The notes under the pieces are model-generated. The model was given only the letters and a program-made list of their open reading frames with translations, searched no databases and was not told the origin of the DNA. Source: a virus (Duplodnaviria > Caudoviricetes). From it: a stretch of DNA of 64,000 nucleotides. This document shows, in pieces, positions 38,110 through 47,423 of the stretch. The position numbers were made by a program, and so were the translations under genes. Location of the stretch: IMG/VR virus record IMGVR_UViG_3300013121_000005, positions 160,001 through 224,000 of that record; one strand, written 5' to 3'. Numbering within the stretch: position 1 is the first letter of the stretch; every line of letters starts with the position of its first letter.

Positions 38110-39009
38110 ATGCAGCAAGCAGAGAACCAACCTCCTTGCCCCAACTGCTCAAAGTGTGGTGGCTCTGGGTTCACCATGAAGGACGATACGACCCAGATAG
38201 AGTGTGAGAATCTCTTCTGGCGTCGAGTTGGACTCAAGCTTGGAGTGGAGATCGCAACGGCACGCCCGCTATCTGGCACGCCTCTTTTTGATTCCTCTGT
38301 AGATCCCCCTGTCGACAGAACTCAGCGAAATGTCTTTCTTCATGGGCATTGGGATGACCTCTTGGCACACCTCAAATGTGCCTTCATCCGTAAATACCAC
38401 ATGACAGGTAGGGTTGAGGCGTTTTCCTTTCAGATCGTCACGGATGAACGTCTGAAAAACGTATACCTGTCCAATGAAGCTTACTCCACAAAGCAGCGGA
38501 AGAAGAGAGATGAAGGGGAGACCTTCAACGCCCTTTCAGACCTCATCGGGAATTTTTACCAGCTAGTGGTCATTCGGCTTGGCTTTCTTGGATACAAGAA
38601 TGTGGCTATGCCGGGGATCCTCAAGGAAGCTCTTCTCCTTCGCCAAGGGATGAACTTACCCGTATGGTTGGTGGAAGAACCTGAAAGCCCATTTGGGCCT
38701 GGGCATTTCTCGTGGAGTTTGGAGGTTAATGAGTACGTGGGTAGACGTTTTGAAAACCTAGACTTGACTCAACCCCGAGATTCTTCCTCTCAGCCCCAAT
38801 ACCGAGGGGTAGAAGGGGCTTCGCCTTTTCAGAATGAACCTGGAATGGCCCTAGATTCGGAAGAGATTCTCCCTTCTAAGCCTTCCCCTAAGCCTAAGTC
38901 TCCTCCCCCCTCTGAAGCTGAAGCTGTTGTGTTCGACAACGACCCAATCCTTATGGGCAATGGGAAGAAGAACTACAAGAAGGGTTCACGTCGAGGGGGT
39001 AGTGAATGA
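38110..39009 (+). CDS. Degenerate DnaC-like helicase loader (N-terminal Cys cluster, no Walker A)
   Basis: CPNCSKCGGSG...IEC Zn motif. NVFLHG lacks the following GKT. Overlaps the DnaB start (ATGA). Confidence 0.5.
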   Translation: MQQAENQPPCPNCSKCGGSGFTMKDDTTQIECENLFWRRVGLKLGVEIATARPLSGTPLFDSSVDPPVDRTQRNVFLHGHWDDLLAHLKCAFIRKYHMTGRVEAFSFQIVTDERLKNVYLSNEAYSTKQRKKRDEGETFNALSDLIGNFYQLVVIRLGFLGYKNVAMPGILKEALLLRQGMNLPVWLVEEPESPFGPGHFSWSLEVNEYVGRRFENLDLTQPRDSSSQPQYRGVEGASPFQNEPGMALDSEEILPSKPSPKPKSPPPSEAEAVVFDNDPILMGNGKKNYKKGSRRGGSE

Positions 39010-40469
39010 AGGGCCTTCTTCGTAGCGTAATCGACATCAATGATGGGATCTCTCAAGAGAACCTCATTGCCAACTTCCAAAAGCTCATGGCGTCCCGAAT
39101 TGAGTGGGCGCAACCGGCTGACCAAAGGATCTACAATTACATCCTTGCTTACTTCCAGCAGCGGTTAGAAATCCCAGCCCGGCAGACTCTTGTAGATTAC
39201 TTTGAGGCCAAACGGGATCAGGAGGTAATCGAGAGAATCAAGGACCTTGATGGGGTCCAAGCGTACCTACGGACGAATTACGCTCATCTTCTCTCAGTTA
39301 CGATAGAGGAGCAGAACAAGGTCAAGGCTATTACTCTCCTAAAGGAAGCTCAGGAGATCATTGCCAGGGGTCTGGTTTTCGATAAGGAAAAGAAACAAGG
39401 GCTTCGGGACGGAATCCTCCACTTTACCCAACAAGCTCATAGGCTTATCACCCCAGAGCATAGCTCTCGTATTCAAGGTAACATCCGTGAAGATGGCCAA
39501 GAAGTCTGGGATTCCTATGCGGAGGCTAAAGCTAACAAGGGTCTTGCTTGGGGTAAGTTTTGCGGCCTTAACGAAATCGATAGGGTCGTCAGGGGCATCA
39601 AAAAAGGGGAGCTTTGGCTTCACGCAGCCTACACGGGCGAGCTGAAGACCACGTTCGCTCTCAACTGGGCTTACAACCTCGTCACACGCTACCGGTCGAA
39701 TGTCTACTACGTCACCCTGGAGATGCCATACGAGCAGGTCCGGGCGATGATCTACGCCATGCATTCGTCGAACCCTCGTTTCCAAGTAATGGGGTTTCAA
39801 GCTCTTGACTATGAGAAAATCAAGTCAGGCACGCTTACTAAGGAAGAAGAGACCTTCTACCAGCTTGTTATCGACGACTTCGCCAACAACGACGAGTATG
39901 GGTCGTTTGATGTTTGGGGCCCAGATGATGATGTAACGACTGACGACATCAAAATGCAAGCTGAGCTGGCCCACCAGAAAAGTGAAGTGGACCTTTTGGT
40001 CATCGACCACGGTGGCCTAGTCGAGCCTCGACGCAAGAAGCGCTCGAAGGACTACGTGATCGAGTTGAACTCGGTCCTTCGCGATTCAAAGAAGATAGCT
40101 CTGCACTTCAACCGGGGGCAGAAGGTGCCTGTCCTTTTGCTTTTCCAGATCAACCGTGATGGGAAAGATGCTGCGGATAAAGCTGAAGGTCGGTATAAGC
40201 TCCGGGCCTTGTCCTACGCAAACGAGGCTGAACGTTCTGCGGATATGGTCACGACAACCTACTTGAATGATGAGCACAGAAACGCAGGGACTACCTTCTT
40301 TGACTGCTTGAAACGTCGAGACGGACCTAGGTTTGACCCCTTCATTGCTGGAGTTAACTGGACTTGCCGTCGCATTTACAACCGAGAACGGTTTACTGCG
40401 GATAGGGGGATGAGCCTTGATACAGAGCGGGATATCTCCAACACCATTTCGGGGATGTTCTCGATATGA
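39006..40469 (+). CDS. dnaB: Replicative DNA helicase, DnaB-like
   Basis: GIKKGEL, AYTGELKTT (variant Walker A), YVTLEM, LLVIDH, LLFQINR, NEAERSAD, LKRRDG. Confidence 0.85.
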   Translation: MKGLLRSVIDINDGISQENLIANFQKLMASRIEWAQPADQRIYNYILAYFQQRLEIPARQTLVDYFEAKRDQEVIERIKDLDGVQAYLRTNYAHLLSVTIEEQNKVKAITLLKEAQEIIARGLVFDKEKKQGLRDGILHFTQQAHRLITPEHSSRIQGNIREDGQEVWDSYAEAKANKGLAWGKFCGLNEIDRVVRGIKKGELWLHAAYTGELKTTFALNWAYNLVTRYRSNVYYVTLEMPYEQVRAMIYAMHSSNPRFQVMGFQALDYEKIKSGTLTKEEETFYQLVIDDFANNDEYGSFDVWGPDDDVTTDDIKMQAELAHQKSEVDLLVIDHGGLVEPRRKKRSKDYVIELNSVLRDSKKIALHFNRGQKVPVLLLFQINRDGKDAADKAEGRYKLRALSYANEAERSADMVTTTYLNDEHRNAGTTFFDCLKRRDGPRFDPFIAGVNWTCRRIYNRERFTADRGMSLDTERDISNTISGMFSI

Positions 40470-40499
40470 GCATGTACCCACTCGCTTTGACCGGTTGGG

Positions 40500-41147
40500 A
40501 TGATGACAACACCTCGAAATAGCTTCCGAGAAGCTCTTCAAGAAGCTCAACAAAATGAGGTCTACAAGGAATGGGTCCGACAAAGAGCTGACACGCTTCG
40601 GAGCCGAGTAACAGTTTACGATGTGCTTCGGCATTTTGGCGTCCCCTTGAAGTATGCAGGGGACTCGAATGAGGAGCAAATATCCTGCCCTTTCCATGGG
40701 CAGGATGCTTCTCCCTCAGCCCGAGTTTATCCGGAGAGTGCGCGCTCTGCGAGTCACGTTTGGTGTTTCGTGTGTCAGGAACGCTGGGACATCTTCTCGT
40801 TGTGGAAGAAGTTTCAAGCTCAAGACGATCTGCGTTTTACTCAGGTTCTCTTTGGACTAGAGAGGGCGTTTGGCATCCTCACGCCAGAGGCCCCAGAGAT
40901 GAGTCGGGAGGTCAAGTCAAGAGGCCCGACCGAAGAGGAGCAGGAGGTGCTTCAGCTTCTAGAGGTTTGCGAGCGGCGTCTGCGCCAGGCTAAGCCCTTC
41001 TGTGAAATGGTAAGCTTTTTAAGGATGAGTCAAGTTCTTGACGCCTTGCATTACAAGGTCTCAACAAGAGACCTTGCACCAGCTACCGCTAAAGGGGTGT
41101 CCAAAGCCCTTCTTGACAAGATAGGAGAGAAAATTCGCAGTGCCTAG
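40500..41147 (+). CDS. Stand-alone CHC2 zinc-finger (primase ZBD) protein
   Basis: ISCPFHGQDASPS...VWCFVC. No TOPRIM domain is visible. Confidence 0.8.
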   Translation: MMTTPRNSFREALQEAQQNEVYKEWVRQRADTLRSRVTVYDVLRHFGVPLKYAGDSNEEQISCPFHGQDASPSARVYPESARSASHVWCFVCQERWDIFSLWKKFQAQDDLRFTQVLFGLERAFGILTPEAPEMSREVKSRGPTEEEQEVLQLLEVCERRLRQAKPFCEMVSFLRMSQVLDALHYKVSTRDLAPATAKGVSKALLDKIGEKIRSA

Positions 41148-41607
41148 ACAGCTCAAGCTTCGGACAAATGAGCTTGGGGATCTCAACCTGTTCTTGATTT
41201 ACCAGTACGGGGATACCTGGGAGGAATCGTGGAAGGCAGCCCAGAACTTACCGCTTACCGCCCTTTTTACGGTAGTTACCAAAGAACTGATGACCCATGC
41301 TCTTGCAGGTTGGACAGCCCCTTTGGTGAAAGCGCTCGGAATCCCGCCTGAGGGCGCTATCCGAAAACTGTCTGTCCAGAATCAAACTTGTGAGCGTAAG
41401 GCCCTATGCCCCTTTTTCCAACGTAAGGAATGTCTTCCTACGTCCCCCAAGATGCCTTGGTGTTTCGAGCCAGGGGGGATTGAAGACCCTAATTCGAGGG
41501 GTCTTGCTGTAGAAGTTATTCGCTTATGGCGCTTAGGGACTCATATCATTGTGGTAGTTCAACCTCTAGAAGATGGAGCCTTACATGTCGGACCCATTCG
41601 CGAGTGA
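41140..41607 (+). CDS. Hypothetical protein with Cys cluster
   Basis: CERKALC...EC...WCF. AGGAG SD, overlapping neighbours. Confidence 0.65.
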   Translation: MPRQLKLRTNELGDLNLFLIYQYGDTWEESWKAAQNLPLTALFTVVTKELMTHALAGWTAPLVKALGIPPEGAIRKLSVQNQTCERKALCPFFQRKECLPTSPKMPWCFEPGGIEDPNSRGLAVEVIRLWRLGTHIIVVVQPLEDGALHVGPIRE

Positions 41608-44377
41608 TGACCTTGCTAGTTTCATGGCAGAGGTGCAGCAGCAACGAGATGTGCCTGACATCACGCTCCCTTGGATGAGGTACCATGAGTTTGAGCGAGT
41701 CCAAAGCATTGAGCAGCTTAACGAAATTGTAGATGCGGCCATCAAAGCTGGGCATTGTGCCTTGGACTTAGAAGGACATGGGTTAGACTCCCGCATCTAC
41801 TACAAGAAGCTTGACGAGCTTCAAGCCCCCTACGAAATCTGGTGGGACGAAGCAAACCCGCCTGAGCGAGTCCCTCAGACGGTTCACAAGATCGTTGGGT
41901 ATTGCCTTTCCTATGACGGGAAGAAGGGGTGGTATGCTCCCATCCGGCACACAGCAGAGGATTCTCCGAACCTCAATGTTGTCGAAGCTGGGAAGGCTAT
42001 TACACGCCTTTGCCGTGCAGCCATCCCCGAGCTGACTGAGGAGGGGATGCAGACAGACCCTATTGCGAGTTCGTCTATCAAGAAACCTGGGATTAAGCTG
42101 TACTTCTGGAATGCCAAGTTTGACCAGGAATTCTTGTTCCCTGTCACTGGCATCGATTTCTGGCACCCTGACTCCTATGAGGATGGGATGCTCCTGTACT
42201 TTTGTCGGTACACCAACGACAAGAATGTAGGTCTCAAAGCTAAGTCCAAGAAGGAGTTGTTTATCAAAGACGCGCAAGGAGAGGCTATCAAGGAAAACAA
42301 CGTCCCTATTCCGTACGAAATGATCGAGCTGAAGCAGTTGTTCATTCGAGGGCGAAAGATCGACTTTGCTAGCCTTCATCCCGATGAACCCGGGGTTCTT
42401 AAGTACGCTTGTTCTGATGCTATCTGCACATTTCTGCACTGTGTTCGACCCGAACTTGTGGCTATGACCAAGGACCCTCAATATGCGGGTACCTATCGGT
42501 TGGAGAAACAGGCGGCTCAAGCACTTCGCGCAATGGAACGCAATCGGGTCAAGCTAGACCTTCCTTACATTCGTTCCTTGTTCAAGGAAGCTCTAAAAGA
42601 GGCTAATCAATATCGTGAAGAGATTGTGGCTTTGGCAGCACTCCATGGGTACCCAGGGTTTGACCCTAACTCGACAATGCAGCTTTCAGCCTTCCTTTTC
42701 AAAGACCCAAATGGGCTCAACATTCATCCTAAGCCCGCGACCAATGAAGCATCCGGGCAGTACAAGACTGATGCAGATACCCTGGAGAAGCTCATCGAGG
42801 AGCACCCGGAGATCAACCCGATTCTCCTGAAGATCGTCAAGTACCGCCAAGTTGAGAAGGTCATCGGGACCTACCTCGAATCCATGGTGGCTAACTGCGA
42901 CCACAATGACGAAGCTCGGGTGCAGTTCAAGCAGCACGGGGCTGCGACGGGCCGCATCTCGGCTCCTGCGGGCGACCCTGAGCACGGGTTCGGTGGCTTC
43001 CCGCCTCACGGGATCCCGAGCACCTACGACGACAAGAAGCCGAAGGTGGCAACCTCCCTCCGGCAGGCGTTCATCGCTCGCCCTGGGTTCACGATGGTGA
43101 AGGTCGACTTTGCGGGCGAAGAGCTTCGGATCGTCACCAACCTCTCCAAGGAGCCAGTCTGGGTCAAGGAGTTCTTGGAGGGTTCGGGCGACCTACACAG
43201 CATCACGGCCCGAGCCTTCTTCAACAAGCAGGACATCACCAAGCAGGAGCGCCAGCAGGGGAAGATCGCGAACTTCTCCCTCGTGTACGGTGGTGGGGTC
43301 CAGGCCATCATGCGAGCAACGGGCTGCAACCAGCATGAGGCAGCCCGAAGGAAGGCCAACTTCGACAAGACCCTTCCGACCTTCGCCAGTTGGGTGAAGA
43401 GCCAGAAAGCGCTCGTCCATAAGCACAAGGGCATCTTCACGCCATTTCGTCGTTGGATCGCTATCCCAGAGGTGGACTCCCTAGACAAGGCTCTTGTAGG
43501 GGCGGCTGAACGATGGTCTATCAACTATCCGATCCAAGGTGCGGGTGCCGACATCATGAAGATGGCGCTCGTCCTACTTCACAAGGAATTCCACAAGCTT
43601 GGGTGGTACGCCAAGGACCTCATCCGGATGCTTCTGACCGTCCACGACGAGATCGTGTTCGAGATCAAGCACGAGCTGGTACCGGAAGCCATGCCGGTCA
43701 TCGAGCGGCTCATGACGGAGCCCGGGCGGATGGCTCGGTGGCAGGTTCCCCTCTTGGTCGAGCCCCTCATCGACTCCTCTTGGGACGCCAAGTACGACTA
43801 CCACAAGATCCTCCACGGGGAGTTCAAGCCCCCGAAGGAAGGGGATAAGCCTCCGAAGGGGGTGGAAGTCCGAGTCGGAAACTACATCTTCCACAAGGTT
43901 CCCCCGTGGCTGGAGGGCATCGTCATCCCCGACTGGCAGCGAGAGGGTTGGGACCCAAACGCCAAGCAACAGCAGAAGCTTGGAAAGGCATCTTCGGAAC
44001 CTTCCTCCAGCCCAACTCAGGCAGCCCCAGCCTCAGAAGCTTCAACTCAGGCTCAGGCAGCCCCAGCCTCAGAAGCTTCAAAGGCAGCCGCACCTTCAAC
44101 TCAGGCAGCCTCAGTCTCACCTCAGGCAGCCCCACCGTCACCGACGCCTAAGCCTGACAAGAAGGAAGTTGAAACCTTTACATATGGGCTCTATCTTACA
44201 ACAGAAGCTACTATTCGGCAGGTTGCAGCTATTTGCATCTCCCTTGTAGGGGTAGGAAAAGGTAAAGTGCTACATCTAGTAGACTCGAAAACAGGTGAGA
44301 CCCTGATTGACCCGGCTATGGGCATCCAAGTAGACCCGGAAGAATTCGATCGTAAGATGCGAGAGGCCAACCTGTAG
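41585..44377 (+). CDS. polA: DNA polymerase family A with 3'-5' exonuclease
   Basis: ExoI LDLEG, ExoII NAKFD, ExoIII YACSDA. ATGRIS, motif A DFAGEELR, motif B KIANFSLVYG, NYPIQG, motif C TVHDE. ATG 41585 has a GGAG SD (41573 is an alternative). Confidence 0.93.
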   Translation: MSDPFASDDLASFMAEVQQQRDVPDITLPWMRYHEFERVQSIEQLNEIVDAAIKAGHCALDLEGHGLDSRIYYKKLDELQAPYEIWWDEANPPERVPQTVHKIVGYCLSYDGKKGWYAPIRHTAEDSPNLNVVEAGKAITRLCRAAIPELTEEGMQTDPIASSSIKKPGIKLYFWNAKFDQEFLFPVTGIDFWHPDSYEDGMLLYFCRYTNDKNVGLKAKSKKELFIKDAQGEAIKENNVPIPYEMIELKQLFIRGRKIDFASLHPDEPGVLKYACSDAICTFLHCVRPELVAMTKDPQYAGTYRLEKQAAQALRAMERNRVKLDLPYIRSLFKEALKEANQYREEIVALAALHGYPGFDPNSTMQLSAFLFKDPNGLNIHPKPATNEASGQYKTDADTLEKLIEEHPEINPILLKIVKYRQVEKVIGTYLESMVANCDHNDEARVQFKQHGAATGRISAPAGDPEHGFGGFPPHGIPSTYDDKKPKVATSLRQAFIARPGFTMVKVDFAGEELRIVTNLSKEPVWVKEFLEGSGDLHSITARAFFNKQDITKQERQQGKIANFSLVYGGGVQAIMRATGCNQHEAARRKANFDKTLPTFASWVKSQKALVHKHKGIFTPFRRWIAIPEVDSLDKALVGAAERWSINYPIQGAGADIMKMALVLLHKEFHKLGWYAKDLIRMLLTVHDEIVFEIKHELVPEAMPVIERLMTEPGRMARWQVPLLVEPLIDSSWDAKYDYHKILHGEFKPPKEGDKPPKGVEVRVGNYIFHKVPPWLEGIVIPDWQREGWDPNAKQQQKLGKASSEPSSSPTQAAPASEASTQAQAAPASEASKAAAPSTQAASVSPQAAPPSPTPKPDKKEVETFTYGLYLTTEATIRQVAAICISLVGVGKGKVLHLVDSKTGETLIDPAMGIQVDPEEFDRKMREANL
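44015..44110 (+). repeat. Low-complexity QAAPASEAS tandem repeats in the PolA C-terminal linker
   Basis: caggcagccccagcctcagaagcttca x2 plus degenerate copies. Confidence 0.85.
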
Positions 44378-44401
44378 TTCGTTTATGGGCGAGTCTAGTA
44401 G

Positions 44402-45031
44402 ATGTCGGTAGTACGTAAGGATTGTCTGAAGGAGTGTAACGAGCACAGTGTGCCGTTAGACCAATTCCAAGAGCAGTTTTGCTCTCATTGCGTTCAGCCT
44501 GAATGTACCCGTAGTCAGTACGGGACCTTCAAGTTTGATCGTCGTGTAGCTACTTGGAAGGAAAGGCTTTTCACTAAGGTCCCGCTTATGGACCCAAAGG
44601 ACCCTAGGTTCCCTGAAATTTCAGGGAAGCAGTTCAAGATGATGGTGCCTACTTCTAGGTTACCAGAGGTAGGGAACTGGGTTGAACCCTCCTCACTTTC
44701 TTCTGAGGGTTTGCCTAAGGTAGGGGAAAAGACGACAGAGCCGTCTTTTGAACCTCTTCCTCCCGAACCTCCCCCCAAGGAGGAGCTTCTTCCTCCCGAA
44801 CCTCCCCCCAAGGAGGAGGTTCGGGAGGGCCGACCTGGCAATGCTGGTAGTTACCATCGTGCGGCAACGCTCAATACTAGGGGGCAGAGCGGGAAAGTTC
44901 TACAAGGAGCCCCACCTCCTCAGGACCCTTGGAAAGAGCACCCCGCCCCTAAAATGAAGGCCCAGGGCGAGACAATCGTAAAACGAGGTGCTACAATCCG
45001 GCTTGGGGGTGGTGGGAACGGTGTAGAGTAG
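44402..45031 (+). CDS. Hypothetical protein with N-terminal Cys cluster and Pro-rich linker
   Basis: CLKEC...FCSHCVQPECTRS. LPPEPPPKEE duplicated at 44756-44818. Confidence 0.7.
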   Translation: MSVVRKDCLKECNEHSVPLDQFQEQFCSHCVQPECTRSQYGTFKFDRRVATWKERLFTKVPLMDPKDPRFPEISGKQFKMMVPTSRLPEVGNWVEPSSLSSEGLPKVGEKTTEPSFEPLPPEPPPKEELLPPEPPPKEEVREGRPGNAGSYHRAATLNTRGQSGKVLQGAPPPQDPWKEHPAPKMKAQGETIVKRGATIRLGGGGNGVE

Positions 45032-45066
45032 ACCAACCCAACATCTTAGGGGCGTAGGAGAAGACA

Positions 45067-45243
45067 ATGGAATTCAAGGTCACGATTAGTATGGATGGTA
45101 AAACGGTGGTAGAGGTGATCAATCGTAACGAGCACCTCTGCACGGACGTTTACAAGGTAACCAATCGCTTGGGGCGGCAAATTTCCGATGAGGAGTTGCC
45201 GGACTGTGCTTCTCCAACTGTCCACGAAATTTCCCGAACGTAG
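45067..45243 (+). CDS. DUF2997-like small protein (58 aa, missing from the ORF track)
   Basis: AGGAG SD. MEFKVTISMDGKTVVEVINRNEHLCTDVYKVTNRLGRQISDEELPDCASPTVHEISRT; the I..DG...VEV.....C pattern and its position next to DUF1257 fit. Confidence 0.7.
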   Translation: MEFKVTISMDGKTVVEVINRNEHLCTDVYKVTNRLGRQISDEELPDCASPTVHEISRT

Positions 45244-45284
45244 TCCGTTGCTCTCTGCTGCAACGAGAAAGAACATACATCATC

Positions 45285-45617
45285 ATGTCTCACCGAGTTA
45301 CTATCGAAACCCAAATGAAAGATGCTTCGGTCCTCAAGAAGACTCTGGAGGAATCTGGTATCGCGTTCTCGCAGAGCGGGGCCATCTTCAATCTCTCCTC
45401 TGGAGACTTCAAGGGGGCAAGCGTCAACGTGAGTACCGGAACCATCACGTCGGGTGACGTGGACTACTTCAAGGTGGATGCTTCCAAGTTGGGTCTTTTG
45501 CGACAGAAGTACGCAGAGACCCTGTACAAGGAGGAAGCGTTCAAAGAGGGGATCCTTGTCGAAAGCCGAACGGTGGAGAAAGACGGCTCAATCACCCTCA
45601 TGTGCCGAATGGCTTAG
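45285..45617 (+). CDS. DUF1257/Ycf35-like protein
   Basis: MSH...IETQMKD..VLKKTLEE.G N-terminus and L.QKYA...G......DGSI.L C-terminus. Confidence 0.75.
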   Translation: MSHRVTIETQMKDASVLKKTLEESGIAFSQSGAIFNLSSGDFKGASVNVSTGTITSGDVDYFKVDASKLGLLRQKYAETLYKEEAFKEGILVESRTVEKDGSITLMCRMA

Positions 45618-45640
45618 CGCCATCTTCTAACTCCGGGTTC

Positions 45641-45678
45641 AAGCAGAAAGGCTCACGAAAGTGGGCCTTTCTGCTTTT
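45641..45678 (+). terminator. Rho-independent terminator
   Basis: AAGCAGAAAGGCTCAC-GAAA-GTGGGCCTTTCTGCTT-TT. Confidence 0.85.
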
Positions 45679-45786
45679 AGGGGGCTTGCCCTTTTGTGCT
45701 TGCCCTCAAGTTTTTCATTCTCTCCGCTTGAGTTTTGGTGTAAGAGTTGTTGAAAGCTGTTTCCGAGAAACTATGAAGGGGCTGAC

Positions 45787-47346
45787 ATGTTGAGTCCAGA
45801 GTTTGTGAATCTCTTGCGTGCATATACGCGCGTGATCTACTACGTCACTCCTGAAGAGGATGTGTTCCTCCGCGATTTTCATGAGATGATGGTTAAGCAC
45901 GAAGCTCGCACGTGGGTCTTTGTAGGGACCAATGGGCTTATGCCCATTGCAAAGCTACGGAATGACTGGTCTACTAGGGCGCATCATGTAGAATCGCCCA
46001 ACAACATCCATGACGCACTCATTCGGATGTACCAGGATAGCTCGGTTGATGATGAGCTGTTCTACATCATTACGGATCCAGACCGGTGGTTGAAGGATGA
46101 CCACGTTGTACGGAGAATTCTGAACATTGTCCACCAGCTCCATCAAGAGCCGACCAATGTCAAGTCGTTGATTTTCGTTGGTCCCCGTCTGGTGATTCCT
46201 GAGAAGCTTCAGCCCTACGTCAACGTGGTCCATGACCCTGGGATGACGAGTGTTGAAATTAACGAGCTGGTAGCTCGGGTTGCCACGCTACTGAAGACCC
46301 CTACCCCTAAGGGGGATGTGTCCAAGGATTACCGGGGGCTGAATCGTTACCAAGTCGAGGAAGCTACCTTTCTGTCGGTCGCCATGACTCGGAAGGAGAA
46401 TAGGCGAGTCGATTTGGGAATCATCCAGAAGTACCGAAGGGGTCAACTCCAAAAGACAGGTTTGCTCCAGTACGTGAATCATGACGTTACCTTCGACCAA
46501 ATTGGGGGTGCTGACCGATTCAAAACTTGGGCGAAGCAAACCGCAGCTTGTTGGACCCCTGAGGGTCAAGCTTTCGGCTTGTCTCCCCCCCGAGGTGTAC
46601 TCCTCGTTGGGGTGTACGGCTGCGGTAAGTCGATCTGTGCCAAAGCTTTGGCGAAGGAATGGGACCTGCCGCTGGTCCAATTTGAGATGGGACGGTTGCG
46701 GTCGTCTGGGGTAGGGGATTCCGAAAACAACCTGTACCGAGCTTTGAGCCTCGTGGAAAGTGCGGCTCCTTGCATCATGTGGGTGGACGAAGCGGAGAAA
46801 AGTCTTTCTGGAGGTGAGTCCTCCGCACAATCTGATGCAGGCACCACCTCACGGTTGCTTGGGATCCTGTCCACCTGGGCTCAGGAATCAAAGGCCCCCG
46901 TCTGTATCGTCCTGACGGCTAACAGCCTGGATACCTTGCCAGTCGAAATGGTCAACCGGATGCCTCAAAGGTTCTTTTTCGATCTCCCGAACGAGGAGAA
47001 CCGTATCGACATCCTCAAGATCCACGCCAAGAAGGCTGGGCAGGATGTGTCTTCCTTCAATCTCGTGGACTTGGCTGAAAAGGCTAAGAATCTGGTGGGG
47101 CGAGAGATTGAACAGGCAATCACTGAGGCTATGGTCAGGTCCTTCCATGCCAAGAAGAAAGGTTTGGATGAAACCTTGTTGGGGGAGGTACTGACTCGGA
47201 AGCCTCGCATCATTCGGACCATGACGGATGAGATTAATCGGGTTCTCGTCTGGGTTGGTTACGACCCGGATGCAGACGATGGTATTCGAGCCCATCTGGC
47301 ATCGAGTAACCGAAGTGAGCAATTCCTTTCGATCACAGCAGGGTAA
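45787..47346 (+). CDS. Ycf46-like AAA+ ATPase
   Basis: Degenerate N-terminal AAA module (IYYVTPEE), TFDQIGG, PRGVLLVGVYGCGKS, GVGDSE, APCIMWVDEAEK, TAN, FFDLP. Confidence 0.85.
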   Translation: MLSPEFVNLLRAYTRVIYYVTPEEDVFLRDFHEMMVKHEARTWVFVGTNGLMPIAKLRNDWSTRAHHVESPNNIHDALIRMYQDSSVDDELFYIITDPDRWLKDDHVVRRILNIVHQLHQEPTNVKSLIFVGPRLVIPEKLQPYVNVVHDPGMTSVEINELVARVATLLKTPTPKGDVSKDYRGLNRYQVEEATFLSVAMTRKENRRVDLGIIQKYRRGQLQKTGLLQYVNHDVTFDQIGGADRFKTWAKQTAACWTPEGQAFGLSPPRGVLLVGVYGCGKSICAKALAKEWDLPLVQFEMGRLRSSGVGDSENNLYRALSLVESAAPCIMWVDEAEKSLSGGESSAQSDAGTTSRLLGILSTWAQESKAPVCIVLTANSLDTLPVEMVNRMPQRFFFDLPNEENRIDILKIHAKKAGQDVSSFNLVDLAEKAKNLVGREIEQAITEAMVRSFHAKKKGLDETLLGEVLTRKPRIIRTMTDEINRVLVWVGYDPDADDGIRAHLASSNRSEQFLSITAG

Positions 47347-47362
47347 GGAAAATAAGGACAGA

Positions 47363-47397
47363 AAAGGCGCAAGGGGTTACTCTCCCCTTGCGCCTTT
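47363..47397 (+). terminator. Rho-independent terminator
   Basis: AAAGGCGCAAGGGG-TTACTCT-CCCCTTGCGCCTTT. Confidence 0.8.
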
Positions 47398-47423
47398 CGT
47401 CTTAGTGCAGGAGAGTCTTTCCT

